From Octopus sinensis (taxonomy: Eukaryota), in contig NC_042999.1 of the NCBI RefSeq assembly GCF_006345805.1, positions 166,408,001 through 166,472,000 on the forward strand: a stretch of 64,000 nucleotides of DNA. The letters are read 5' to 3'. The notes beneath the pieces were generated by a model. The model made no database searches and was not told where the DNA came from. It worked only from the letters and a program-made list of their open reading frames with translations. A program made the position numbers and the translations under genes. Shown here piece after piece: positions 38,141-48,837 of the stretch (its first letter is position 1; each line of letters begins with the position of its first letter).

Positions 38141-39093
38141 TAGGTGTGTGTATGTATGTCACCTTGACCTGACATTGCATGCTAATTGTAAACAAATGTC
38201 ACCTTCATACAAATCCTACTTGTGAAAACATGTTCAGCCTAAGAGAAAATATTACCTTGCTTGGAACTGGTAATGGTTGACAACAGAAGCCTCTGACCAC
38301 AGAAAATTTGTCTCAATAAATTGTGTCTTATTCATGCAAGCATAGAAAAGATGACATTAAAAAACAATGCTGCTTCTGATGACATACAATGAATGTGAAG
38401 TGTTATAAGTACTGTAGGTCAAGTACACAGCACGTGTGATAAATCCGTAATAGACAAAAAAAATAGTAGGTCTAAGCAATTAGATTTCACATGAAAGTAA
38501 CACTGGCTAGCATGGAACGAATGAGGGCCTGTAGAATTTTTTCAAAAATGTAATCCTATCATCTTCCAAAAGGACTATGAAACATGGCTAAAGTTTTCCT
38601 CAGACATTTATAAAGCATCTAGCTACATTTATTTCTATCATTCTTTGTCAACTTTCTGCAAAAAGCCACAATCAAAGCAGAGAGGCCTTCAATCAGAGAT
38701 TCCATCATACACATGAGGGAGATATAGCATTCAATTTCTGAAGATGATTTTTGCTCCCACATGGCCTTGGTCATGATGACTAAAAACAAACTACGGAACT
38801 AAGAAGAGATTTAACAATTGAAAGCATGTCATGTATGAAACAACACAGTTTTGTGAAAATAGCTGATGGGAATTATTAAAATATTTGGTAATTGAAGATG
38901 AACAATGCCATAAATAGGTTCAAGAAAATACAAGAATTAACTGATTGCTTGGGACTGATATGAGTTTTACTATGAATAAGACAAAATGAATTAAATCATA
39001 AGTTATATTTACATAAAGGCAAACTGAAAAACCTTAGTCTTTTTATTATTATTATTTTAGTAAAAATCACTTTTTGTTTCCATTTATTTGCAG

Positions 39094-39213
39094 ACTGCTG
39101 AAGCTCTTTTTGATATGATTGAGTACTATGATTCCACAATGAAACTGAATATGTCTTTTAATAAAGATATTGGAATTAGAGGATGGCAAGCCTGCTCAAA
39201 TATGATCCGAAAG
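39094..39213 (+). CDS. PPP1R37: PPP1R37 exon 5 (phase 0-0): TAEALFDMIEYYDSTMKLNMSFNKDIGIRGWQACSNMIRK
   Basis: ttgcag acceptor, AAG|GT donor; matches recalled ALFDMIEYYESATHLNISFNKHIGTRGWQA. Confidence 0.95.
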
Positions 39214-39338
39214 GTTTATTGCAATTTTTATTTACATTTTTGCAGTCATTTCAGTATGTAAACTTTGAAATATTGATAGAAGTTGTGATATCAAAAAAAT
39301 CAGAAGATAAATAATGTACATAACTTTGTGTGTGTGTA

Positions 39339-39746
39339 TTCTTTTATTCTTGTTTCAGTCATTTGACTGCGGCCATGCTGGAGCACTGCCTTTAGTCAAG
39401 CAAAATGACCCCAAGACTTATTCTTTGTAAGCCTAGTACTTATTCTATCGGTCTCTTTTGCCGAACCGCTAAGTTACAGAAACATAAACACATCAGTTGT
39501 CAAGCAATGTTGAGTGGGGGCAAACACACACACAAACATATATACACGCATGCGTGCGCACACACTCACACAACATGCATAAACGACGGGCTTCTTTCAG
39601 TTTCCGTTTGTCAAATCCACTCACAAGTCTTTGGTTGGTCCAAGCCTATAGTAGAAGACACATGTCCAAGGTGCCACGCAGTGGAACTGAACCCAGAACC
39701 ATCTGGTTGGGAAGCAAGCTACTTACCACACAGCCACTTCTGCACC
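39339..39746 (-). mobile_element. SINE family B
   Basis: Full length, begins about 125 bp after the exon 5 donor. Confidence 0.88.
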
Positions 39747-40977
39747 TATATAAGTTTGCTCCAACATGGCCTTCAATTCAAATTCATTGCTACCTGAGTT
39801 TCAAGCGTAATGCTAATCTTCTTCAGCCATTTTGAATTTATATATATGTATATATATATCTGTGTATATGTGTGTGTGTATGTAAATGTAACTTTTAAAA
39901 TAAAAATCAACATTTGAAAACAAGTTTTTAGTCCTGTATGGTAAATTGAAAATTTCAGCTTATTGAAGTGTATTTATATGCAGTCTTTCTGTGGAATAAA
40001 TTTATGGCAATATACTGCAAATTCTCAGCCAAACAGCATGGGTATTAGAACAGTTTCCGGCCTCTCTAATTGCCAACCAGCCGTACTGAACCTTGTTTTT
40101 CTCAGAGATATGATAGCTATAATCTGTGGAAAAAAAGTTGTTAACTTATAAGCTGATAAGCTAATTTATAATTTACATATTTGTGTTAATTTTAGGGCTA
40201 TTATAAATTCTCATTAGATGAAACTAGTGTCAAACTTCTACCAATTAGTAAGTTTGTATATCCACTTCTAAACTAGGTCATACTTTTTGTAAGTACAGTC
40301 ACTCTGCTGAAGGTCAAGATAAACTAAGCTTGATAATAGTCTAATACTTATGCTGTTTGCCAAGAACTTACATTATAATCCCAAAATTAATTCTACACCA
40401 ATGTATATATGTCAAACACATAAATATACTTTGGTATATAGAATTTTTTTGTTTTCCTACTGCACTGATGTAAAGAGAGTGGATGATATATGGTTTAATT
40501 GACAGTCTTAAATGTAGATACCATAAAAACCCATGTAATTTGTGCATTTTTTTTTTTGCAAAAATAAAAATAAACTTTAGGGGTGCGTAAATTACATGAG
40601 TAAATCGTTTCCAGAATTTTTTGTTTTTTTGTTGCAAAAAGACATACAAAACGTAAACATTCGCACCAGAAGTTGACTCATTTAATGTCAGAATAGGTTT
40701 TTACAGAAAAAATAAGGGCTTATTTAAGCCCTCATTTTTTCTGTTGAAATGAAGTTGACTTTTATTTATGCTGGACGGTATAATGCTTACTTTTTCTGTA
40801 CAAATTTGCTAAAACCATTAATAATTAATGGTAATTAAACTTAATTTGCAACACCTGTGCATATTTATCAGCTTTGTTTTTGTTGGTAATTCTTATCAAC
40901 AACTTTTCCTGTGATCGTGATTTGAGAAGATATACAGCAGTATGCTAAAGATTGGACTAAAATCCTCTGTGTGTGTG

Positions 40978-42071
40978 TTAGTTAGTTAGTTAGTTAATTT
41001 GGCTCAAAAGCAAATAGCAAGGCCATGTAGGGGGACATGGAGTTAAGTACAGGGTGGTGTTCATGTAAAGAGTTCAGGCCACTTGAGGTCAAGGGAGGCT
41101 TTGAACAAAGCAGTCGTCGGCATCTTTACCATCTCGTCTGGCAGCTTGTTCCACGGATCCGCAACCCGGACGGAGAAAGCTCCTCTCCTTCGATTGAGAT
41201 GAAATCGTCACAGGTAGAGCGTTTCGGAATGACCCCGCAGCCGACGCTCTGGAGCAGGAGTGAAGAACAGCTCTTTCGAGAGGTTACACTTTCCGCTTAT
41301 GATGTTGTGGGCGAGAATGAGATCACTACGGCGGCGGTGTTTTTCAAGAGAATAAAGGTCGAGCGTCCTCAGCCTTTCTTCGTAGGACAAATTTTTGAGA
41401 CCATGAACCATGCGGGTAGCCAGCTTCTGGACTCTTTCGAGATGCTGTATGTCTTTGAGGAGATAAGGAGAAGAGGTTTGAATCCCATACTCCAATATGG
41501 GTCTCACCAGCGTGACATAGAGTGGTAGGAATATGGCTGCTGTGAGCATTCCGAATGACCATCGAATTAAGAACAGAATTCCGCGTGCTTTGTTGGCAGC
41601 ATGGACGCACTGGGCCGAAGGCGAAAAGGAGGAATCCACCAAGATACCTAGGTCCTTTACCTGATCGGTCCTCTCCAGCAGCAGACGACCCGGCTCGAAA
41701 TCAAGTTGAGTTGCAGGAGTAGAGCCGACAGGCAGATGACAGCACTTTGACACGTTCAGACACAGGTCCCAATGGTTAGACCACTTCCAAATTTGGTGGA
41801 GGCATCAACGAAGATCCTCTATATTACCGCGAGGAGCGACCAGTTTGATATCGTCGGCAAATAGAAGGGTGTGTTGCGTGAGGTCGTCGGGCAAGTCATT
41901 TATGAAGACTAAGAACAACAAGGGTCCAAGCACTGAACCTTGAGGCACGCCACTGCTCGCACTGGAGACGTCGGACCGCAAACCATTAACTTGGACTTGG
42001 AAGGAGCGATCTGAGAGGAAGGCACCAACCCATCGTACAATATCCGGATGGAAACTATATGCTTGAAGCTT
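40978..42071 (-). mobile_element. 5'-truncated CR1/L2-clade LINE, well preserved
   Basis: SGVPQGSVLGPLLFLVFINDL, FADD at 41850-41861, KDLGILVD, LVRPILEY, LERVQKLATRMV; (TAAC)n tail; one in-frame TGA near 41807. Confidence 0.95.
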
Positions 42072-43148
42072 GTGTGTTTCCTCTATTCATGGCCAAACCA
42101 CTGGATCAATCTGTACCAAATTTGACTGCCTGGAGATCATGTCGGGTTTTGTTTTTTCGCTTTAAAGGTAAACAATGCTGAAACACTTTTTAATTGTGAT
42201 AATGAAACAAGAGATTTAACGAAAAAGAAACAGTCAGGTTTTTAAATAACGAAAGGTCTTCATACAGACACACACTTATACACTGTAGGATATCTTTCAA
42301 TTTATATGATAAACTTTATAAGTTTTAAAGTTCAATATTCCTGTGACGTAAGTTAGAGATATTGACATGAGTTATTCAAATAATTGTTCGTGGAATGGAC
42401 CTAATAAAATTAGCCAGAGTACACTTGATATTTCATATTGAAATCCGATGTGACTATTTCTACTTAGATATTGGTCCTACCTCTGATTTGAAATCGATCT
42501 ACAGTCTCCCTGTAGCTATACAGCTTATTGTTCTGCACGGCAAAGCCGCTGGATCAATGTGTACCAAATTTGGCATGAAAGCTTTTCGTTACTTGGGGAA
42601 GGTTCGGGGGTGGGGGGCACTAAATTTTAAACTTTTGTTTCAAAGCTAGAAATACATTTTACATACCTGTCGCATATGTCGGTTTTGTTTTTTTCGCTTC
42701 AAAGGTAAACAATTCTGATAGAAGCAAACACGATATTGAATAATTCTCCATCATACGTCTACGACCTCCACCTCTTCTTCTTTAAAGTAAAGATAATCAT
42801 TTTTTAATTGTGATAATGAAGCAATATGTTTAATCCTTACCACCAAAATTCATTTCTCTTGGGAAATACAAGGGTGACGATGTCTTCATTCCACAGATCC
42901 CATTAATCCCATCTAACATCACCTGTAAATTGAAACAGCTCCAGTTCCCACCCAGTGAAACTAAGTTTTGCTACATCCATAAACAAATCTCAAGCCCAAT
43001 CTCTCAATGCTGTTGGGCTTAACCTTGCTTCTCCTTGCTTCTCTCATGGACAATTATATGGAGGATGTTCACCAGTAGGAAGTCCCAAAACTTTTTTTCT
43101 TTGTACTCCAATTACAGGACACACTGAAAACATTGTATATTTAGCAGT

Positions 43149-43671
43149 TACTCTTTTACTTTTTTCAGTCATTTGCCTTTAGTCAAAAAAATCAACCCCA
43201 GGATTTATTCTTTGTAAGCCTAGTACTTATTGTATCTGTCTCTTTTGCTGAACCGCTAAGTTACGTGCACATAAACACACCCGCATCGGTTGTCAAGCAA
43301 TGTTGGGGGACAAACACAGACACACATATACACACACACATGCATATATATATATATATATATATATATCTCATCATCATCATCGTTTAACGTCCATGAT
43401 ATATATATATATATATCATATATATCTCACGGCGGTGCATCAGCATGGCTGCAGCTCTGAGCTGAAACTAGAAAAAAAAAAATATATATATATATATATA
43501 CATATATACGATGAGCTTCTTTCAGTTTCCGTCTACCAAATCCACTCTCAAGGCTTTGGTCGGCCCGAGGCTATAGTAGAAGACACTTGCCCAAGGTGCC
43601 ACGCTGTGGGACTGAACCCAGAACCATGTGGCTGGTAAGCAAGCTACTTACTACACAGCCACTCCTGCGCC
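43149..43671 (-). mobile_element. SINE family B with short foreign tail fragments inserted in its microsatellite
   Basis: B halves flank CATCATCATCGTTTAACGTCC (RTE tail) and GGCGGTGCATCAGCATGGCTGCAGCTCTGAGCTGAAACTAG(A)n. Confidence 0.85.
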
Positions 43672-44340
43672 TTAAAAGGATAAAAGGCAAAGTCGACCTC
43701 GGCAGAATTTGAACTCAGAACGTAAAGATGGACAAAATGTTGCTAAGCAATTAGCCCAGCGTGCTAACGATTCTGCCATATTGCTGCCCTCATTTCAGGA
43801 TTTGTTTTAATTACTTTGTTTATACTCACATTATCTGATAGAATTTTTCTGAAAATATCTTTTTTATCAGAATAAATATATTTATTTCCTTTAGCATTCT
43901 TTAAACTTCCGAACAATGCCGGGTACTTAGGCTAGTGTAAAAATAAAGTTTATTATAAACAACTCAAACACTGTAATTTAATAGCTTTAATGTGATACCT
44001 GTTAAACAGAAATTATTTTTATTTAATGAAAATTTAATAAAATCTAATCATAAGTAAGTGAAATTATGCTAAATACAACTAAATTGGAAACCTTTTTTCC
44101 CTGGCTATATTAGCAATTCTGAAAACTTTTGGGTGTGAAGTTTACATGAGTAGAAGCTTTTTTTAATAAATTTTATCCTGAAAATACCTCCTTAAATTAC
44201 ACAGGTGTGCAAATTACATAGGTTTTTATGGTAGTCAAAAAAAGAATTTAATATTGTAAGAAGGCAGTTTAATTATTGAAGAGTATTTTCATAATATTAT
44301 GGTTATTTCATGACATTATCCTTATTATTATCTTCCACAG

Positions 44341-44491
44341 ACTCCCAGTCTTCATTATCTGGATGCTCGAGGTTGTCAACTAAATGATTGTATTATAACC
44401 ATATTTGGTCGATCTCTGAAATTGGGTTCCAATTTAACTGTCCTTCATCTTGAAAATACTTCTATAACAGAAAACTGTTTGCTTGTTCTTG
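44341..44491 (+). CDS. PPP1R37: PPP1R37 exon 6 (LRR): TPSLHYLDARGCQLNDCIITIFGRSLKLGSNLTVLHLENTSITENCLLVL
   Basis: ttccacag acceptor, G|GTTAGT donor, LxxLxLxxN pattern, frame continuous. Confidence 0.93.
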
Positions 44492-44584
44492 GTTAGTTGA
44501 ATTTTATAAATATTTAATTTCATTTTATTGCAGCTTTACCTTTTCTATGTTTGATTACTTAGACAATATATACTTCAATCTATG

Positions 44585-44885
44585 AGGCTTCTGGCGATTT
44601 GCTGCACTTGGAGAGACACATCAAGCTAAGTGAAATTGTGGTCATGGCAAGTGCTGGTGGCATGTAAAAGGCACCCATTCCAGTGACATGTAAAAGATTC
44701 TCACTACACTCTAAAGAGTGTAGTTTAGAGTGGTTGGTATTAGGAAGGGCATCCAGTTGTAGAAACCCAGCCAAAACAGACTGGAGCCAGGTGTAGCTCT
44801 TCAGCTTACCAGCTCCATTCAGACTGCTTTCCAGCATGGAAAACAGATGTTAAATGAAGATGATGAGGAGGAGGAAGAGGATGAA
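44585..44885 (+). mobile_element. RTE-LINE 3'UTR fragment, diverged
   Basis: GGCATGTAAAAGGCACCC, AGGAAGGGCATCCAG, tail. Confidence 0.75.
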
Positions 44886-45032
44886 CCTCACAAATTAATC
44901 GTTTGTTTTATGATGTAAAATGATGTACTGTTTTCTATTTATTTAATGTTTAATTTGATTAAAATAAAATAATATATTTAAAATGAGACTACACACCAAT
45001 ATCTAATCTAGCTCTAACTGATGCAGCAATGA

Positions 45033-45451
45033 TACTCTTTACTCTTTTACTCTTTTACTCTTTTACTTGTTTCAGTCATTTGACTGCGGCCATGCTGGAG
45101 CACCGCCTTTTAATCGAGCAAATCGACCCCGGGACTTATTCTTTGTAAGCCCAGTACTTATTATATCGGTCTCTTTTGCTGAACTGCTAAGTGACGGGGA
45201 CGTAAACACACCAGCATCGGTTGTCAAGTGATGCTAGGGGGACAAACACAGACACACAAACACACACATGTATATATATAAATATATACGACAGGCTTCT
45301 TTCAGTTTCCGTCTACCAAATCCACTTACAAGGCATTGGTCGGCCCGGGGCTATAGCAGAAGGTACTTCCCCAAGATGCCACGCAGTGGGACTGAACCCG
45401 GAACCATGTGGTTGGTTAGCAAGCTACTTACCACACAGCCACTCCTGCGCC
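45033..45451 (-). mobile_element. SINE family B, young subfamily
   Basis: Full length, triple TAAAAGAG tail. Confidence 0.92.
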
Positions 45452-45811
45452 TCAGCATAGTTATATGAGAATGAGCTGGAAATTAGAATTCCACAGCTGT
45501 TGATATTTCTTACTGTTTCATACTTTTAGAGGTGTTGTGATGCATCACTTAGAGACACTTGACAGAATGGGATTAGATCCTTGAACCTTTTAAGTAAATT
45601 TCATAAGTTAACGCCCTTATTAATTTAATACTTTTGTTGACAAATTGTTTTCAACAATGTTATCTTATTTTGTTATCATCATCATCATCATCATTTTACT
45701 TGTGTTTCTTGAAGTGAATTGAAGCTGGAAGAATTTGAAGCAGTCTTAATATTTTGATGCTTAATTCGTATTTCAATTCATCATCATCATCACTTAATGT
45801 CCATTTCCCAA

Positions 45812-46227
45812 TACTCTTTACTCTTTTACTCTTTTACTTGTTTCAGTCATTTGACTGTGGCCATACTGGAGCACCGCCTTTAGTCGAGCAAATCAACCCC
45901 GGGACTTATTCTTTGTAAGCCCAGTACTTATTCTATCGGTCTCTTTTGCCGAACCGCTAAGTGACAGGGACGTAAACACACCAGCATTGGTTGTCAAGCA
46001 ATGCTAAACGGACAAACATAGACACACAAACATATACACACACATACATATATATACATATATACGACAGGCTTCTTTCAGTTTCTGTCTACCAAATCCA
46101 CTCACAAGGCATTGGTCGGCCCAAGGCTATAGCAGAAGACACTTGCCCAAGATGCCACGCAGTGGGACTGAACCCAGAACCATGTGGTTGGTAGGCAAGC
46201 TACTTACCACACAGCCACTCCTGCGCC
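45812..46227 (-). mobile_element. SINE family B, young subfamily
   Basis: Full length; head ends 46 bp before exon 7. Confidence 0.92.
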
Positions 46228-46273
46228 AATCTGAATTAATTTTTTTTTTAAATTTCTTTTTCTTTTTTTTCAG

Positions 46274-46419
46274 TTGAAGCATTAAAAAGGAATGAAGTAT
46301 TACAGGAGCTATTTCTTGGGGACAATAAACTGGGTCCTAAAAATGGCAATGATATTGGAAATTTACTTAAATTCAACAGTAAATTACAGCTCCTTGATCT
46401 CAGAAATAATCAGCTTCAG
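46274..46419 (+). CDS. PPP1R37: PPP1R37 exon 7 (LRR): (V)EALKRNEVLQELFLGDNKLGPKNGNDIGNLLKFNSKLQLLDLRNNQLQ
   Basis: Poly-T cag acceptor, CAG|GTGGGT donor; matches recalled LRELYLADNKL...LGNLLKFNCSLQILDLRNN. Confidence 0.95.
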
Positions 46420-46673
46420 GTGGGTAGCATTTCTGAAAATATTCTTTAACGTGTTTTTCCCTGTAGTATGAAATATCAAAATCTCTCTTTCTGAGTCATC
46501 ATTTGTTTGATTTTCTAAAATATTATTTTTCACACATTTCCACTTCTTAGATTTAACCTTTTCAATACCAAGCAACGTGAGGCTGCCCTTAATTCTATTA
46601 TACAACCTGCCTACTAAATTAAAACTTTCCATCAAAAGTTCATGTTAATTTATATTCCAAACTCCAGATTAGT

Positions 46674-46858
46674 TACTCTTTTACTTGTTTCAGTCATTTG
46701 ACTGCAGCCATGCTGGAGCACTGCCTTTAGTCGAGCAAATCAACCCCGGGACTTATTCTTTGTAAGCCCAGTACTTATTCTATCAGTCTCTTTTTGCCGA
46801 ACCGCTAAGTGACGGGGACGTAAACACACCAGCATCGGGGACAAACACAGGCACACAA

Positions 46859-46912
<54 letters not shown>

Positions 46913-47273
46913 TCATCATCATCGTTTAGCGTCCGTTTTCCATGCTAGCATGGGTTGGACGGTTCTACTGGAGTCTGTGAAGCCAGAAGGCTTCATCAGG
47001 CCCAGTCAAATCTAGCAGTGTTTCTACGGCTGGATGCCCTTCCCAACGCCAACCACTCCGTGAGTAGTGGGTGCTTTTTACGTGCCACCCGCACAGGTGC
47101 CAGACATACATATGTACGACAGGCTTCTTTCAGTTTCCGTCTACCAAATCCACTCACAGGCATTGGTCGGCCTGGGGCTATAGCAGAAGACACTTGCCCA
47201 AGATGCCACGCAGTGGGACTGAACCCGGAACCATGTGGCTGGTTAGCAAGCTACTTACCACACAGCCACTCCT
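46674..47273 (-). mobile_element. SINE family B interrupted by an RTE 3' fragment (46910-47105)
   Basis: B 3' half, (TA)n, (ATC)n RTE tail, then B 5' half. Confidence 0.9.
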
Positions 47274-47430
47274 GTTATGATAGTTATTTTTCTAAATTCT
47301 TCAAATTTAATTATGAAACAAAGGCCCTGCATTTCAACAGAATTATGGTATCAAATGGGTTAATATTGATTTTGACTTTCTCCTAATCCCTTTATCTTTT
47401 GGTGAGATTCAAAATTGTTCTCCAATTTAA

Positions 47431-47782
47431 CTCTTTAACTTCTTTCAGTCATTTGACTGCGGCCATGCTGGAGCACCACCTTTAGTCGAGCAAATCGACC
47501 CCGGGACTTATTCTTTGTAAGCCCAGTACTTATTCTATCAGTCTCTTTTGCCGAACCGCTAAGTGATGGGGACGTAAACACACAAACACACACACACATA
47601 CATATATATATATACATATATACGATAGGCTTCTTTCAGTTTCCGTCTACCAAATCCACTCACAAGGCTATGGTCGGCCCGGGGCTATAGCAGAAGACAC
47701 TTGCCCAAGATGTCACGCAGTGGGACTGAACCCGGAACCATGTGGTTGGCTAGCAAGCTACTTACCACACAGCCACTCCTGC
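47431..47782 (-). mobile_element. SINE family B, young subfamily
   Basis: Near full length. Confidence 0.9.
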
Positions 47783-48376
47783 TAATTTAGCTAAAGTTTC
47801 TTGCGCGTTTTATCTTCAATATAATAAGCAAAACATTTTATCAACAGACTTGCTTTTCCCTTAGGTATACTTTTATAATTTCACTTGTAGGTAACCCAGT
47901 TTATCAGGTAAAATTAAGCTGGCTGCCTAGACCTAAGCCTGAAAATGTGTTGTTTTAAAGCAATATAAAAGATAGAAACAACGTTTAATTGGAAAGGGGA
48001 AAAAATCAAGGCCTGCCTGGGAATTCCTGGAGGAAAACAGGGAAATTTGTGAAGTTCTTGTTTTTCCTAAAGGCACTTAAATGAAATAAACTGAAATGGC
48101 TTAAAAAAAAAAAGCAGAACATTGGATTATTGTAAAAAATGAATAAGAGGAAAAGGAAAAAGGAAAAGTATTGATATAATCTTGGATTATTAGCAGTTGT
48201 GTAAATAGCAACAAAACATTAATTGTAGCTTTGTGTCACTGCCTGACTCCATCCACAAAGCAATTGTAATAGTGGTTGCTACCTGATATTTTAATTCTGT
48301 TAAGTTTTTTTCTTTTTTACAATCCTTATTGAAATTTTAACAATTAAATCTTTATTTGTATTATTCATTTTTTTAG

Positions 48377-48502
48377 GATACTGGTTTAAATAAAATATGC
48401 CAAGGACTTTGTCAAAAACTTAACCCTAATGGAATAAATACATTAGTATTGTGGAACAATCAAATATCACATCTAGGAATGCCATACCTTGCAGAAGCGC
48501 TG
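48377..48502 (+). CDS. PPP1R37: PPP1R37 exon 8 (LRR, phase 0-0): DTGLNKICQGLCQKLNPNGINTLVLWNNQISHLGMPYLAEAL
   Basis: ttttag acceptor, GTAAGT donor; conserved TLVLWNNQ. Confidence 0.95.
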
Positions 48503-48837
48503 GTAAGTTTTTCTTTTCTTTTTTAATGTGATTCTTTTCCTATCCATATTCTGTTGGAAATTCTTTTTCACTATTTTCTTTATTGCTTTAGTGATAAAAA
48601 TAATTACTGCTTCATTGATATGAAGACAAATTAAGGTAGAGTAGAGAGAGTAAAATTTAACGAATAGCTACAGACATAACAGTGTCGTTAAGAGGTTTGC
48701 TTTGCAACCATGTGGTTTTCAGTTCAATCCCACTGCATTGCACAATGAGCAAGTTTCTTCTACTAGATTCCTGTGCAACCAAAGCCTTATGAATGAATTT
48801 GGCAGATGGAAACTGAAAGAATCTGTGTATGTATGGA

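Larger units (their letters stand above)
40930..43935 (+). mobile_element. Helitron remnant with PIF1-like helicase C-terminus, interrupted by CR1 and SINEs
   Basis: GKYKGDDVFIPQIPLIPS...LQFP/VKLSFATSINKSQAQSL...PCFSHGQLY...ENIVY (42860-43140); 3' end CAATGCCGGG...CTAG|T at 43932-43936. The 5' boundary is approximate. Confidence 0.8.
40519..44233. mobile_element. Probable pogo/Tigger-like TIR pair enclosing the nested cluster
   Basis: TACCATAAAAACCCATGTAATTTGTGCA (40519-40546) and its inverted match at 44206-44233, 25/28 identical. Confidence 0.55.

Noticed and set aside
45221-45468. Recurrent ORFs such as LSVSVYQIHSQG...CHAVGLNPEPCGW and MRNWYLIYRPRKDERQS
   Set aside because: Antisense translations of SINE B and SINE A found at many loci.
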